A stretch of DNA of 64,000 nt from Polyangiales bacterium (GCA_964202905.1 CAXNJO010000015.1:20434-84433); one strand, 5' to 3'; positions 47,413 through 59,510 are shown, counted from the first letter of the stretch. Notes: generated by a model from the letters alone, not told the origin. Program-made: numbers and translations.

Positions 47413-49374
47413 CAACCCTCCTCCGGAGCGTCGCTCCGCGGCTCGTCATCCGTGGGCGCGGGGCCCCCCGCCGCGCCGCCGAGGTGCGGCTCGATCCCGC
47501 GCGCGTGCTCCGTCTCGCTCGCGAGGTCCGCGGCGCTGCGCCCCCGCAGCGCGGTGCGGATCGCGCGGTCCATGCGCCGCCCCGCGAAGGCCTTCGCCGT
47601 GTGGTCGAGCGCGTCGATGCGCGCAGCGATTACGCGGTGGTCGCTGCCGGCGACCGCCGCGCGCAGCGCCTCGAGCGCCGCGTCGATCGCCGCGCGTTCG
47701 GCCGCGTCGTCGATCAGCGCGCCGTCGGCCGCGAGCGCCTGCTCCGTGGCCGCGAGCACGCGCGCCGCCTCGACGCGCTGCTCGGCGAGGTTGCGCCGCG
47801 CGATGTCGTCCTCGCCGTGCTCGTAGGCATCGACGAGCATCCGCTCGACCTCCTCGTCGCTGAGGCCGTAGCTCGGCTTCACCTCGACGCGCGTCTCGGT
47901 GCCCGTCGTCGTCTCGCGCGCCGTCACCGAGAGCAGGCCGTCGGCGTCGACGCGGAAGCTGAGCTCGAGCCGCGCCAGGCCCGCGGGCATCGGCGGGATC
48001 CCGCGCAGCGTGAAGCGCGCAAGAGAGCGGCAGTCGCTCGCGAGCTCGCGCTCGCCCTGCACGACGTGCAGCTCGAAGCCCGTCTGCTGATCGGCGTAGG
48101 TGGTGAAGGTCTGCTGCGCGCCCGCGGGGATCGCGGTGTTGCGGGGCAGGATGCGCTCGACGACGCCGCCCATCGTCTCGATGCCGAGCGAGAGCGGCAG
48201 CACGTCGAGGAGCAGCACGTCCTCGCGCGGTCCTGCGCCCGCGAGCAGATCGGCCTGCACCGCGGCGCCGAGCGCGACGACCTGATCCGGGTCGATCGTG
48301 TCGAGCGGCGCGCGCCCGAAGAGCTCGGTGACGTAGCGGCGCACGAGCGGCACGCGCGTCGCGCCACCGACGAGGATGACGCCATCGAGCTCCGTGGCCG
48401 CGACGCCCGCGTCCCGGAGCGCACGCCGGCACGTCGGGCCGGTGCGCTCGACGATCGGCCGCGCGAGCGCCTCGAACGCGTCGCGCGTGAGGCGCGTCTC
48501 GAAGGGCGCGCGCCCCGGCGCCTCGACGCGCACAGAGGCCTCTTCGGCGCCGGTGAGCGCGTGCTTCGCGGCGCGCGCGGCGTCGAGCGTGGCGCGCACG
48601 AGCGACGGTGACGCGTCGGGTCCCTCGCCGAGCTCCGTGAGCAGGCGCTCGGCGATCGCGCGATCGAGGTCGTCGCCGCCGAGCTGCGTGTCGCCGCCCG
48701 TCGCGCGCACCTGGAAGACGCCGTCGTCGAGCACGAGCACGGTCACGTCGAAGGTGCCGCCGCCGAGGTCGTACACGACGAACGTGCCGTTTTCCTTAGC
48801 TCTCCAGGCCGTAGGCGAGCGCCGCGGCCGTGGGCTCGTTGAGGAGCCGCAGGACCTCGATCCCCGCGAGGCGCGCGGCGTCCTTCGTCGCCTGGCGCTG
48901 TGCGTCGTCGAAGTACGCGGGCACGGTGATGACCGCGCCGCCGACGCGGCCGAGCTCGTCCTCGGCGTTCTCGCGGAGCGTGCGGAGGATCTCCGCGCTC
49001 GCCTCGATCGGCGTGATCACGCGCGCGCCCGCGACCGCGAAGCGCACGACGGGGCCTTCGTCGGTCGCGAAGCGGTATGGCCCGAGGCGGCGCGTCTCCG
49101 GGTCGCCCGCGCCGCGACCCATGAAGCGCTTGACGCTCACGAGCGTGTCGCGCGGGTGCGCGACGGCGAGCGCCTTCGCCTCGCGCCCGACGCGCGGCGG
49201 GCCCTGCTCGGGGTAGTGCACGACCGAGGGCACGAGCGCTTCGCCGTCGCAGTCGGTGATGGCCGTGGGGCGGCCGAGCGTCGTCACGTAGGCGACGAGG
49301 CTGTTCGTGGTGCCGAGGTCGATGCCGATGGGCGTCGGCGCGGCCGCCGGGTCGTGGATCTGGAGGAGGGACAT
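47412..49374 (-). CDS. hscA: Fe-S chaperone HscA, one extra base near 48798
   Basis: [45 protein letters not shown][t]KENGTF rejoins on deleting one base. Confidence 0.9.
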
Positions 49375-49407
49375 CGTGGGGCTCTGCGGCGGCGGAGAGG
49401 GGCCGCG

Positions 49408-49920
49408 TCAGCGCGCGGGAGGCGGCGCGCCTTCGTCCTCGAGGGCCGCGACCTCGTCGAGGAAGCGGCGGTGGTAGCGCAGTCGGCCGAGGAGCGCAGC
49501 GGCGCGCGCGAGGTCGGCGGCGTCGAAGGCCGCGCCGAGCGCGTCGAGCGCCGACGCACGCGCGCCCTCGACCTCCGCGCGGAGCGACGCGACGCGTCGC
49601 GCATCGCCGCGCGCCTCTTCGAGCGACTCGCGCAGCGTCATCATCTCCATTAGCAGCCCCGGGTCGGCCTGCGGTGCGGCCGCGGGTGCGCCGAGCACCG
49701 TGAGCAGCGCCTCCGCGCGCGCGAGCTCGTCTCGCAGCGTGCGGTACGCTTGGCTCGCGCTCACCGCGCCGGAGAGCGCCGCGCGCCGCACCGCGGGCGC
49801 CGCACCCGCGTGCCGATCGGGGTGCACGGCCCGCTGCACGGCGCGGTAGCGGCGCTCGAGCTCCGCCGCATCGAGCGCGAAGCGGGCGGGCAGCCCGAGC
49901 ACGTCGAAGGGATTCTCCAC
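49408..49920 (-). CDS. hscB: Co-chaperone HscB
   Basis: J-domain HPD, position in isc operon. Confidence 0.9.
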   Translation of the reverse strand: MENPFDVLGLPARFALDAAELERRYRAVQRAVHPDRHAGAAPAVRRAALSGAVSASQAYRTLRDELARAEALLTVLGAPAAAPQADPGLLMEMMTLRESLEEARGDARRVASLRAEVEGARASALDALGAAFDAADLARAAALLGRLRYHRRFLDEVAALEDEGAPPPAR

Positions 49921-49938
49921 GGCGCGGGGAGCGGACGC

Positions 49939-50358
49939 TCAGATCCCGAACGACGTGCCGCAGCCGCAGGCCGCGCGCTCGTTCGGGTTGAGGAACTTGA
50001 AGCCGTGCTGCATCAGCTTCACCTCGTAGTCGAGGATGCTGCCGCGCAGGTAGACGAGGCTCTTCGGGTCGGTGACGACCTTCACGTCGTCGAACTCGAA
50101 GACGAGATCCCGCGCGCGGATCTTGTCGGCGAACTCGATGACGTAGCTCGCGCCCGAGCAGCCACCACCGCGCACGCCGACGCGCAGCGCCGCCTCCGGC
50201 GTGCCGCGCTTGAGCAGCGCCTTGCGCGCCATCTCGACGGCCTTCGGCGTGAGCTCGATGCGGCCCGGCCCAGCGTCCGCCGCGGGCGCGCCCACGTCGA
50301 CGCCCGGGGGGGCGAGCGCGGCATCGGGCGGGGTCGCGGTCTGCGTGTCGGTGTTCAT
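49939..50358 (-). CDS. iscA: A-type Fe-S carrier
   Basis: GGGCSG, CGCGTSF. Confidence 0.93.
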   Translation of the reverse strand: MNTDTQTATPPDAALAPPGVDVGAPAADAGPGRIELTPKAVEMARKALLKRGTPEAALRVGVRGGGCSGASYVIEFADKIRARDLVFEFDDVKVVTDPKSLVYLRGSILDYEVKLMQHGFKFLNPNERAACGCGTSFGI

Positions 50359-50372
50359 GGGGTCTCCCGCGC

Positions 50373-50771
50373 TCAGCCGGCGGCGCGCTCGGCCTTCTTC
50401 TTCCTGAAGTCGGCGATGGCGCTCTTGATGGCGTCCTCGGCGAGGACCGAGCAGTGGATCTTCACGGGCGGGAGGTTCAACTCCTCGACGATCTGCGTGT
50501 TCTGCAGCGCCATGGCCTCGTCGATGGTCTTGCCCTTCACCCACTCGGTGACGAGCGACGACGACGCGATCGCGCTGCCGCAGCCGAAGGTCTTGAACTT
50601 CGCGTCCTCGACGATCTCCGTCTCCGGGTTGATCTTGAGCTGCAGGCGCATGACGTCGCCGCACGCGGGCGCGCCGACGAGGCCGGTGCCGACGGACGGG
50701 TCGTCCTTGTCGAGCGTGCCGACGTTGCGGGGATTCTCGTAGTGATCGATGACTTTGTCGGAGTAGGCCAT
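50373..50771 (-). CDS. iscU: Fe-S scaffold
   Basis: HYENPRNVG, APACGD, FGCGSA, LPPVKIHCS. Confidence 0.97.
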   Translation of the reverse strand: MAYSDKVIDHYENPRNVGTLDKDDPSVGTGLVGAPACGDVMRLQLKINPETEIVEDAKFKTFGCGSAIASSSLVTEWVKGKTIDEAMALQNTQIVEELNLPPVKIHCSVLAEDAIKSAIADFRKKKAERAAG

Positions 50772-50804
50772 GGTCGCTTCCTGGAGGCTGTTGGGGACGG
50801 GCGC

Positions 50805-52031
50805 TCAGTGCGCCGCCCACTGGATGGACTTCAAGTCGATGCCCTCGCGGTGCATCTCCCAGAGCGGCGACATGTCGCGCAGCCGCTTGACGTGACGGAT
50901 GACGAGGTCGGCCACGTAGTCGACCTCCTCCTCGGTGTTGAAGCGCCCGAGGCCGAAGCGGATCGACGAGTGCGCCTCGTCCTCGCCGACGCCCATCGCG
51001 CGGAGCACGTAGCTCGGCTCGAGGCTCGCGCTGGTGCACGCGCTGCCGGACGACACCGCGACGTCCTTGATGGCCATCATCATCGCCTCGCCCTCGACGA
51101 AGGTGAACGAGACGTTGAGGTTGCCGGGCAGCCGCCGCGGGTCGTCGGCGCCGTTGAGGTGCAGGTCCTCGAGCGCGCCGAAGAGCTTGCCGCGGAGCCG
51201 CTGCCGCAGGGCGAAGAGGCGCTGCGCCTCCTCGCGCCACTCGCGCGTGAGGATCTCCGCGGCCTTGCCGAAGCCGACGATCCCGGGCGTGTTGAGCGTG
51301 CCCGAGCGCATGCCGCGCTCGTGGCCGCCGCCGTCGAGCTGCGCGACGAGGCGCACGCGCGGCTTGTTGCGCCGCACGTAGAGCGCGCCGACGCCCTTCG
51401 GGCCGTACATCTTGTGCGCGGTGAGCGAGGCGAGGTCCACGCCCATCGCCTCGACGTCGAACTCGATCTTGCCGACGCCCTGCACCGCGTCGGTGTGCAG
51501 CAGCACGCCCGCGGCGCGCGTGATGCGGCCGATCTCGGCGATCGGCTGCACGGTGCCGACCTCGTTGTTCGCGAGCATCACGGAGACGAGGATCGTCTTC
51601 GGCGTGAGGGCCTTCTTCACGTCGTCCGGGTCGACGAGGCCGTCCTTCGCGACGTCGAGGTACGTGACCTCGTAGCCCTCGCGCTCGAGCCGCTTGCACG
51701 TGTCGAGCACGGCCTTGTGCTCGGTGCGCGTCGTGACGATGTGGTTGCCCTTGTCCTTGTAGAACTCGGCGACGCCCTTGATCGCGAGGTTGTTGGACTC
51801 GGTCGCGCCGCTCGTCCAGACGATCTCCTTCTCGCTCTTGGCGCCGACGAGCTTCGCGACCTGCTCGCGCGCGTACTCGACGGCCTCCTCCGACGCCCAG
51901 CCGAAGCTGTGGTTGCGGCTCGCGGCGTTGCCGAACTTCTGCGTGAAGAAGGGCAGCATCGCCTCGACGACGCGCGGGTCCGTCGGCGTCGTCGCGTGGT
52001 TGTCCATGTAGATCGGGAGCTGGATGGCCAT
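50805..52031 (-). CDS. iscS: Cysteine desulfurase
   Basis: [36 protein letters not shown] end. Confidence 0.97.
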   Translation of the reverse strand: MAIQLPIYMDNHATTPTDPRVVEAMLPFFTQKFGNAASRNHSFGWASEEAVEYAREQVAKLVGAKSEKEIVWTSGATESNNLAIKGVAEFYKDKGNHIVTTRTEHKAVLDTCKRLEREGYEVTYLDVAKDGLVDPDDVKKALTPKTILVSVMLANNEVGTVQPIAEIGRITRAAGVLLHTDAVQGVGKIEFDVEAMGVDLASLTAHKMYGPKGVGALYVRRNKPRVRLVAQLDGGGHERGMRSGTLNTPGIVGFGKAAEILTREWREEAQRLFALRQRLRGKLFGALEDLHLNGADDPRRLPGNLNVSFTFVEGEAMMMAIKDVAVSSGSACTSASLEPSYVLRAMGVGEDEAHSSIRFGLGRFNTEEEVDYVADLVIRHVKRLRDMSPLWEMHREGIDLKSIQWAAH

Positions 52032-52062
52032 GGGGTGTCTCAGGTGGCGGGCGCGGCGGGGG

Positions 52063-52620
52063 TCAGTGCGCGGAGAGGCCGGCGACGAGCTCCGGGGCGG
52101 TCTCGTCGGAGGCGTGCTTGTCGCAGGAACAGCAGGAGGCGATGAGGCGATTCGGATCGCAGGTGTCGCAGGTCTCGAGGTAGTCGAGGCTCGCGGCGAG
52201 CTCGACCTCGAGCGCGCGGAGCCGCTCGACCTGCGCGCGCGTCTCCTCGAGCTTGGCGCGGTAGAGGACGCGCATCCGGGCCATCGCGCCCGGCGCAGAG
52301 CCGCTCGCGGACCAGGAGCGCACGATCTCGCGGATGTCGCCGAGCGAGAAGCCGAGGTCCTGGAGCTTGGCGATGAAGTGCACGCGGGTGACGGAGTCGG
52401 CCGCGTAGAGGCGGAAGCCGCCCTTGCTGCGCTCGATCGGCTCGAGGAGCTCGAGCTGCTCGTAGAGGTGGAGCGCCCGCACCGTCTTGCCCGTCAGCCG
52501 CGCGAGGTCGCCGACGCGGAGCGGCTTGTCGCCGTGCGCCGCCGCCTCGGGGCCGGACGCGGACTCGGGACCGCGCACGAGCGCGAGGCCGGGCCGGTGG
52601 ATGGGGAGTTGGATGGTCAT
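52063..52620 (-). CDS. MerR-family regulator with Cys-rich C-terminus
   Basis: [44 protein letters not shown]...CCSC tail. Confidence 0.9.
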   Translation of the reverse strand: MTIQLPIHRPGLALVRGPESASGPEAAAHGDKPLRVGDLARLTGKTVRALHLYEQLELLEPIERSKGGFRLYAADSVTRVHFIAKLQDLGFSLGDIREIVRSWSASGSAPGAMARMRVLYRAKLEETRAQVERLRALEVELAASLDYLETCDTCDPNRLIASCCSCDKHASDETAPELVAGLSAH

Positions 52621-52682
52621 CGCGTCGCCGTCTCGGGGTCGCTGGGTGGGTGGATGTACCCGGGAGTCAGGAACCGGCCCCA

Positions 52683-52704
52683 ACCCTGACGCATGCGTAA
52701 GGGT
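52683..52704. promoter_or_regulatory. Near-perfect 22-bp palindrome, candidate MerR operator
   Basis: ACCCTGACGCATGCGTAAGGGT; TTGACA on minus strand at 52741-52746. Confidence 0.7.
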
Positions 52705-52856
52705 CAGGTTCGGGGCTGTATGTAGGGGACGAAGGCGCGATGTCAAGCGTGGTGGCGGCCGCCGGGCGGTCGGCGGCGCCCGCCACCCGGGTGAGCGAGA
52801 AACCGCCCTGATTTCGCGGATGGCGGCGCGGCACGGAGGCTGCTCGGGCGCGGGCA

Positions 52857-55243
52857 TGGCGGACGGCAGCGCGGGGCTCGGGTGGATCGCGGCGGCGTGG
52901 CTCGCGGGGCTGGGGCTCGCCGGGGTGTGCGCGGAGGGGCCCTGGCGCGTCGGGGCCGGGCTCGCGGCGCTGTGCCTCGGGACGCTGGCGGGGCTGCTCG
53001 GCCTCGAAGGCGGACCGCGCCTCGCGCGGGCCGGGCGGGTCGCGTGCGCGGGCGCCGCGCTGCTCGCGGGGCTCGGTGCGCGGGTCACGGGGCCGGCCGA
53101 GGCGGGGCTCAGGCGCAGGGGGAGGCGCGGCTCGTGGGCGTCACCGAGCGCGCGCGCGTCGGGGAGGCGATCGTGCGCGTCACGGGCGGCGCGTGGCTCG
53201 ATGCGGGGCGCAGCCCGCTCCCACCGGGCTTGCGCGTCCGCCTGCGGCCCGCCTTCGCGACGGATGGGCGCGCGCGCTCGTCGAGGAGCGCGTCCGCGCG
53301 CTCGTGCGGCTCGCGGCCCGCGACCACGTTCCGCGAACCCGACGCCCCACCCCCGCTGGCCGGCGGGCGGCGTGTTGGACGGCGTCGCCCGGGTGCGCGC
53401 GGGCACGCGCGTCGAGTCGCTCGGCGCGCCGTGGCCGGCCGCGTGGATCGGGCGGACGCGGGCCGCGGTGCGCGACGCGCTCGACGCGACGCTCACGGCG
53501 CGCACGGCCGGCGTCGCGCGCGCGCTCGTGCTCGGCGAGGGCGAGGCCGTCGACGAGCTGGTCGGCGCGGCCGCGGGGCTCGCACACGTGCTGGCGGTCT
53601 CGGGGCTGCGCGTCGTGATCCTCGTCGGGCTGCTCGTGGTCGCGCTGCGGCGGATGCTCATGCTGTGGACGCCGCTCGCCGCGCGCGTCGACGTCGGGCG
53701 CGTCGCGGCGGCCCTCGGGGTGCCGCTCGCGCTGCTCTACGCCGCGCTGGCCGGGGGCGCGCCGAGCGCGTGGCGCGCCGCGATCGCGGCCGCGACGTCC
53801 TTCACCCTCGTCGCCTGCGGGCGTCGCCCGCGCGCCGGGCCCGTCGCCGCGCTCGCCGCGATCGTCCTCGCCGCGTGGTCACCCGCCGACGCGATGCGCC
53901 CTGCCCTGCTGCTCTCGGTGCTCGCGACCGCGGCGCTCGTCGGCAGCCGGTCCGGCGACACGCCCCCTACGGAGGGCAGCGGGCTGCGCCCCGGCGCGCG
54001 GACCACCGCGGTGCTGCGCGAGGCCGCGACCGCGAGCGTGCGCACCACGCTGGCGACCGCGCCGCTCGTCGTGTGGTGCTTCGAGGGTGTGCCGCTCGTG
54101 GGCGTCGCGGCGAACCTCGCGCTCGTCCCCGTCGGGTCGTTCGTGCTGCTGCCGCTCGCCGCGGCGCACGCGCTCGTCGCGCCGCTGCTCGCGCCGCTCG
54201 CGCCGCTCACGGCCGCGCCGCTCGAGACCTGCACGCGCGCCTTCCTCGCCGCGTGCGAGGCGTTCGCCGCGGTGCCGCTCGGGCGCGCGCTCCCGCCCCT
54301 GTCCGTCCCCGAAGGCCTCGCGCTCGCGGCCACGTGCGGGCTGCTCTTCGCGGCGCGCAGCTGGCGCGATCGCCTGCTCGTTCTGGCCCTCGGCGCGCTC
54401 GCGCTCTGCGCGGCGGAGGCGCACCTGCGCGCGGTCGAGGCCCCGCGCGGCGTGCTCCGCGCGACCTTCCTCGACGTCGGGCAAGGCGACGCGGCGCTGC
54501 TCGACATGCCCGACGGCACGCTGATGCTCGTCGACGCGGGGGGCGCGCCCCGCGGCGGGCCGGACCCGGGCGCGCACGCGATCGTCCCGCTCCTGCGCGC
54601 GCGGCGGCGCAGCGCGGTGGACGTGCTCGTCATCACGCACCCGCACCCCGATCACTACGGCGGCGCGAAGGCCGTGCTCGCGAGCGCGCGCGTGCGCGAG
54701 GTGTGGGACGGCGGTCAGGGGCGCGCGGAAGAGCCCGACGGCGAGGCGTCGCGCCTGCTCACCGACGCGCAGCGACGCGGCACACGCCTCGTCGGACCGG
54801 AGACGCTCTGCGGCGCGCCCCGCGCGTTCGGCGCCGCGCGCGTCGAGGTGCTCTGGCCCTGCCCGCACTTCGACACGCTGCTCGAGCCCAACGACAACTC
54901 GCTCGTGCTGCGCGTGACGATGGGCGCGCACACGTTGCTCCTCGCGGGCGACGTCGAGCGCGAGGCCGAGCGCGCGCTCGTTCGCCACGACGCGGCACGC
55001 CTGCGCGCCGACGTGCTCAAAGTGCCGCACCACGGCTCGCGCACCTCGTCGGGGCGCGCGTTTCTGCGCGCGGTGCGGCCGCGCTACGCGGTCGTGAGCG
55101 CGGGCCGCGGCAACACCTTCGGGCATCCGCACGCCGAGGTGCTCGCGCGGCTCGGCGCAGCGGGCGCGCGCGTGCTGCGGATCGATCAGCTCGGCGGCGT
55201 CATCGCCCGCACGGATGGCCGCACGCTCGCGCTGACGCCTTGA
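52857..55243 (+). CDS. comEC: ComEC/Rec2 DNA uptake protein (probable compensating frameshifts about 53100-53340)
   Basis: GLAHVLAVSGL, FLDVGQGDA, THPHPDHYGG, NDNSLVL, KVPHHGS, FGHPH; start approximate. Confidence 0.85.
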
Positions 55244-55275
55244 AGTGCTTGCAAATCAGACACTTACAACGACGA

Positions 55276-55297
55276 ACGGCCACCCGGAGGTGGCCGT
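55276..55297. terminator. Hairpin between convergent comEC and fusA
   Basis: ACGGCCACC-CGGA-GGTGGCCGT. Confidence 0.55.
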
Positions 55298-55347
55298 CAG
55301 TCGGTGTTCACGCAGCGCTTTCGCTCCGCGCGCTCAGCGAGTCGGCG

Positions 55348-57468
55348 CTACTTCGCGCTCGCCTTGGCGATGATCTGCTCGGCGAGGGCGTTCGGCACCG
55401 AGTCGTAGTGGCTGAACTCCATCGTGTAGCTCGCGCGGCCCTGCGTGCGGCTGCGCACCGAGTTCGCGTAGCCGAACATCTCGGCGAGCGGGACGTTCGC
55501 GGTGATGACCTTCATGCCCGCGCGGTCGTCCATCGACTGGACCTGACCACGGCGCGCGTTGAGGTCGCCGATGACCTCACCCATCCAGTCTTCCGGGGTC
55601 ACGACCTCGACCTTCATGAAGGGCTCGAGGATGATCGGGCCGGCCTTCCTGGCCGCCTCTTGGAACGCCTGCGAGGCGCAGATCTCGAAGGTGCGCGCGT
55701 CCGAGTCGACGGCGTGGAAGCCGCCATCGGTCAGCGAGCACTTCACGTCGACGACCGGGTAACCCGCGCGGATGCCGCGCGCGAGCGCGCCGATGACGCC
55801 CTTCTCGACGCCGGGGATGAACTCCTTCGGCACCGTGCCGCCGACCGTGTCGTTGATGAACTCGAAGCCCTTCCCGGACTCGTTCGGCTCGATCACGATC
55901 GTCACCTTCGCGTACTGGCCCTTGCCGCCAGTCTGCTTCTTGTAGGTGTTGTCCTCTTCCTGACGCCTCGTGATCGTTTCGCGGTACGCGACCTGCGGCT
56001 TGCCGACGTTGATCTCGACGCCGAACTCGCGCTTGAGGCGGTCGACGATGATCTCGAGGTGCAGCTCGCCCATGCCGGCGATCGTGGTCTGGCCCGTCTC
56101 CTCGTCCGTCTTCAGGCGGAGGCTCGGATCTTCCGCTGCAAGACGCGCGAGACCGACGCCCATCTTCTCCTGGTCGAGCTTGGTCTTCGGCTCGATGGCG
56201 AGCGTGACGACGGCCGGCGGCACCGTGAGGCGCTCGAGCACGACGGGGTGATCTTCGTCGCAGAAGGTGTCACCGGTCACGCACTCGACGCCCATGGCTG
56301 CGCAGATGTTGCCCGCGTAGCACTCCTCGATCTCGTTGCGCTTGTCCGCATGCATCAGCACGAGGCGTCCAAGGCGGACGCGCTTGCCGGTGCGCGCGTT
56401 GAGCACGGTCATGCCCTTCTTGAGCACACCCGAGTAGACGCGGATGAACGTGAGCAGACCGAACTTGTCGTTCAGCAGCTTGAAGGCGAGCGCGGTGAGC
56501 GGCTCGTCGTCCGTCGCGTGACGGACGATGATGTTCGTCTCGTCGTGGAGGTCCTTCGCGTTGACGGGCGGGATGTCGACCGGCGACGGGAGGTAGTCGA
56601 GGACGGAGTCGAGCAGGTACTGCACGCCCTTGTTCTTGAAGGAGGAGCCGCAGAAGGTCGGCACGAGCTTGAGCGCGATGGTCGCCTTGCGGAGCGCCGC
56701 GACCAGCTCTTCTTCGCCGATCTCCTGGCCCTCGAGGTACTTCTCCGCGATGTCGTCGTCGACGTCGCCACACTGCGAGAGCAGCTTGTCGCGCCACTCG
56801 GCGGCCTGATCGGCGTACTCCGCGGGGATCGGGCCGAGCTGGTACTCGGAGCCCATGTCCTCGTTCTTCCAGGTGATCGACTTCATGCGGACGAGGTCGA
56901 TCAGGCCGGTGAACGTCGCTTCCGCGCCGATGGGCAGGGTCATGACGGCGGGCTTGGCCTTGAGGCGCTCGACGATCATGTCGACGCAGCGGAAGAAGTT
57001 CGCGCCCGTGCGGTCGAGCTTGTTGACGTAACACATGCGCGGGACGCCGTAGCGATCCGCCTGGCGCCACACCGTCTCCGACTGCGGCTCGACGCCCGCG
57101 ACGCCGTCGAACACGACGCACGCGCCGTCGAGGACGCGCAGCGAGCGCTCGACCTCGATGGTGAAGTCGACGTGCCCGGGCGTGTCGATGATGTTGATCC
57201 GGTACTCGGGGCTCTTCTTCGCGTCGAAGCCCTCCTGCCCGATGCGGCGACGCCACGAGCAGGTCACGGCCGCCGAGGTGATCGTGATGCCGCGCTCACG
57301 CTCCTGCTCCATGTAGTCGGTCGTGGTCGCGCCCTCGTGGACCTCGCCGATGCGGTGCGTCATCCCGGTGTAGTAGAGGATGCGCTCCGTCGTCGTCGTC
57401 TTGCCGGCGTCGATGTGGGCGATGATGCCGATGTTGCGGGTACGCTCGAGGGGGAACTCGCGGGCCAT
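55348..57468 (-). CDS. fusA: Elongation factor G
   Basis: [35 protein letters not shown]. Confidence 0.96.
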   Translation of the reverse strand: MAREFPLERTRNIGIIAHIDAGKTTTTERILYYTGMTHRIGEVHEGATTTDYMEQERERGITITSAAVTCSWRRRIGQEGFDAKKSPEYRINIIDTPGHVDFTIEVERSLRVLDGACVVFDGVAGVEPQSETVWRQADRYGVPRMCYVNKLDRTGANFFRCVDMIVERLKAKPAVMTLPIGAEATFTGLIDLVRMKSITWKNEDMGSEYQLGPIPAEYADQAAEWRDKLLSQCGDVDDDIAEKYLEGQEIGEEELVAALRKATIALKLVPTFCGSSFKNKGVQYLLDSVLDYLPSPVDIPPVNAKDLHDETNIIVRHATDDEPLTALAFKLLNDKFGLLTFIRVYSGVLKKGMTVLNARTGKRVRLGRLVLMHADKRNEIEECYAGNICAAMGVECVTGDTFCDEDHPVVLERLTVPPAVVTLAIEPKTKLDQEKMGVGLARLAAEDPSLRLKTDEETGQTTIAGMGELHLEIIVDRLKREFGVEINVGKPQVAYRETITRRQEEDNTYKKQTGGKGQYAKVTIVIEPNESGKGFEFINDTVGGTVPKEFIPGVEKGVIGALARGIRAGYPVVDVKCSLTDGGFHAVDSDARTFEICASQAFQEAARKAGPIILEPFMKVEVVTPEDWMGEVIGDLNARRGQVQSMDDRAGMKVITANVPLAEMFGYANSVRSRTQGRASYTMEFSHYDSVPNALAEQIIAKASAK

Positions 57469-57714
57469 GACGGTGCTCCAGGTTGCTTGGCTGCTTGACG
57501 TTGACGGATCGGGCGCGCGCATCGCGCGGGCAGGGCCGCAGACGGCTCCCACGCGAGGCCGGCCGGGGTCGGCGACGCGTCCACCCGACCCGGCGCGCGC
57601 GGAGGTTGACGGACGCCCCGCGGGGAGTCAACGGCTACGGGTGGGGTTCAGGCTGAACCTCCCCCGTTCTGCGGACGGTTTGACTATGCAGCCCGCCCTT
57701 CAACCTGACCCATC

Positions 57715-58077
57715 GTAACCGTCCGGCGACCCCCGTCGCGACGGGCGCGCGGATCGACGTGCAGTTCGCGGCGGCCCAGGCGGCGGGGAGCAAGTCGTCG
57801 ATGGCGTTCGCGGGGTGATCCTGCACGCGGGCGAGGACGTCGGTGAGGTAGTCGAAGGGGTTGATTCCGCGCGATTCGCAGGTGGCGACGAGCGAGTAGA
57901 GGCCGGCGAGGCTCTGGCCGGCGGCGACGTCGCCGACGAAGAGGTAGTTCTTGCGGCCGAGCGCGACCCTGCGCAGCGCGCGCTCGGAGGCGTTGTTGGT
58001 CGAGCGGCACGCGGGCGTCGTCGAGGAAGACGCCGAGCTCGTCCCACTGGCCGAGCGTGTAGCGGATGGCGGCGCCG
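57715..58077 (-). mobile_element. IS66-family right-end remnant (TnpC C-terminus)
   Basis: AIRYTLGQW...PLD/NNASERALR.VALGRKNYLF...INPFDYL; terminus GTAACCGTCC at 57715. Confidence 0.85.
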
Positions 58078-59510
58078 CATGAGTGATCGGTTAAAGCGCG
58101 CGCCTTCGAGAAAGCTTGTTCTTCGCGCGGGCGGGGGCCTTCCAGCCGCGGAGTTGATCGAGAATCGATGGCTTGCTCCTCCAGTTCGGGTCCTTTCCCA
58201 CGTGCACGATCACGGCGGCGAGGTGTTCCCACTCACGGGCGGCGGCTTCGCCCTCGAGGTGGAACGCACACGCGATGCGGTAGGCACATTGCGCGACCAT
58301 GAGCGCAACGAGCCGGTGGTGCAGCGGTGCCTCGTTCCGCGGACCTGCGGCGGGCCGATGCGCCAGGTTGTGTCGGTGGACGATCGAGCCGATCAGGACC
58401 GACGCGATCATGGAGGCGTGCAGCAGCGCGTTCACGGCCGCAGGGCGCTGCGCGTCGATCTCGTCGAGTCGCAGATTCGACTTGTCGAGTTTGTTGCTGC
58501 TCTCGACCTCCCAGCGCACGCGGTAGAGGTCGGCCACCGAGTGCGGGCCGACCGAGCGCGGCAGGTTCGTCAGGTAGAAGCGATGACCTTTGGTAGGCGC
58601 GAGCACGCCGACGAGTCGCATCGGGAGCGCGTCGCCCCCGAGGGTGACGTCGACGTCGATGACGTTGCCGACTTCGAGGAAGACGTCATCGAGGAAGAGG
58701 TCGAGATCGGTCCCTGGCACGAAGGTCTTCTTGAGGTCGGCGCGGGCGACTCTGGTGACCTTCGGCTTCCAGTTGTGCTTGAGCCGAACAACCACTTTCA
58801 CGCCGAACTCCTGGCACCGTCGCAGGCGCTCGAAGCTTGCGTAGCCGAGGTCGACCAGGAGCCCCATCCCGCGCCAGCTCTCGTCGATCGTGAGATGGGT
58901 CGAGTCGTGTTCGCGCGCGGGACTGAAGTGGTAGTCGACGACCGTGCCGCAGCCGACCGAGACCGTCTTGTGAACCTTCACCGCGGCGTAGTCACCCGCG
59001 CCGGGATACACGGCCTGCAGCGCGGGATGGAGCTTCACCGTCGTGCTGTCGACGATGCGCCAGTCACGCACGCCGCCGAGCACACCGGGGAGATCCACCT
59101 CCTGGGCCCGCGCGAACGAGAGCGCGATCTGCGCGAGCTCCGCGGTCGCCTTCTCGAGCGGTGGCCCGAACCAGTCGTAGAACGAGCCGCGAGCGATCCT
59201 CGGCGCGCCCGCCTCGAAGTACTGCCGCATCATGTCGGCCTGGCGTCCGCCCGAGGGGCTCGACGCCGACACCAGCATCGTGCGCAGAAACGTCAGCGCG
59301 TCGCGCTTCCGGTCGCGCTGGTGGAAGCCCGTCGCGGTCGCGACCTCCAGCAGCACCTCGTCCGGAAGCAGGGTCCGCAGCAAATCCTGAAGTTCGGCTC
59401 CGTCCATGGTGGCGGAGAAGATCAGGTCCCCGCGCGACCCGCAACCTGGTTCGGCAGCGAGGACGCAACCGATCGAACTCGTTCAGTTTTTTGTTAACCG
59501 GCCATCTATG
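58078..59510 (-). mobile_element. IS4-family element, transposase 58091..59407
   Basis: [20 protein letters not shown]; imperfect IRs CATGAGTGATCGGTTAA / TTAACCGGCCATCTATG. Confidence 0.88.

Noticed and set aside
48790..48800. hscA as a pseudogene or programmed frameshift
   Set aside because: One extra base in an otherwise intact operon, no slippery site; likely sequencing error
52882..57498. Very long alternative ORFs (1538 aa here; also 14610..18518, 27710..31486, 23959..27042)
   Set aside because: Arg/Ala-rich shadow frames expected in high-GC DNA, overlapping well-supported genes
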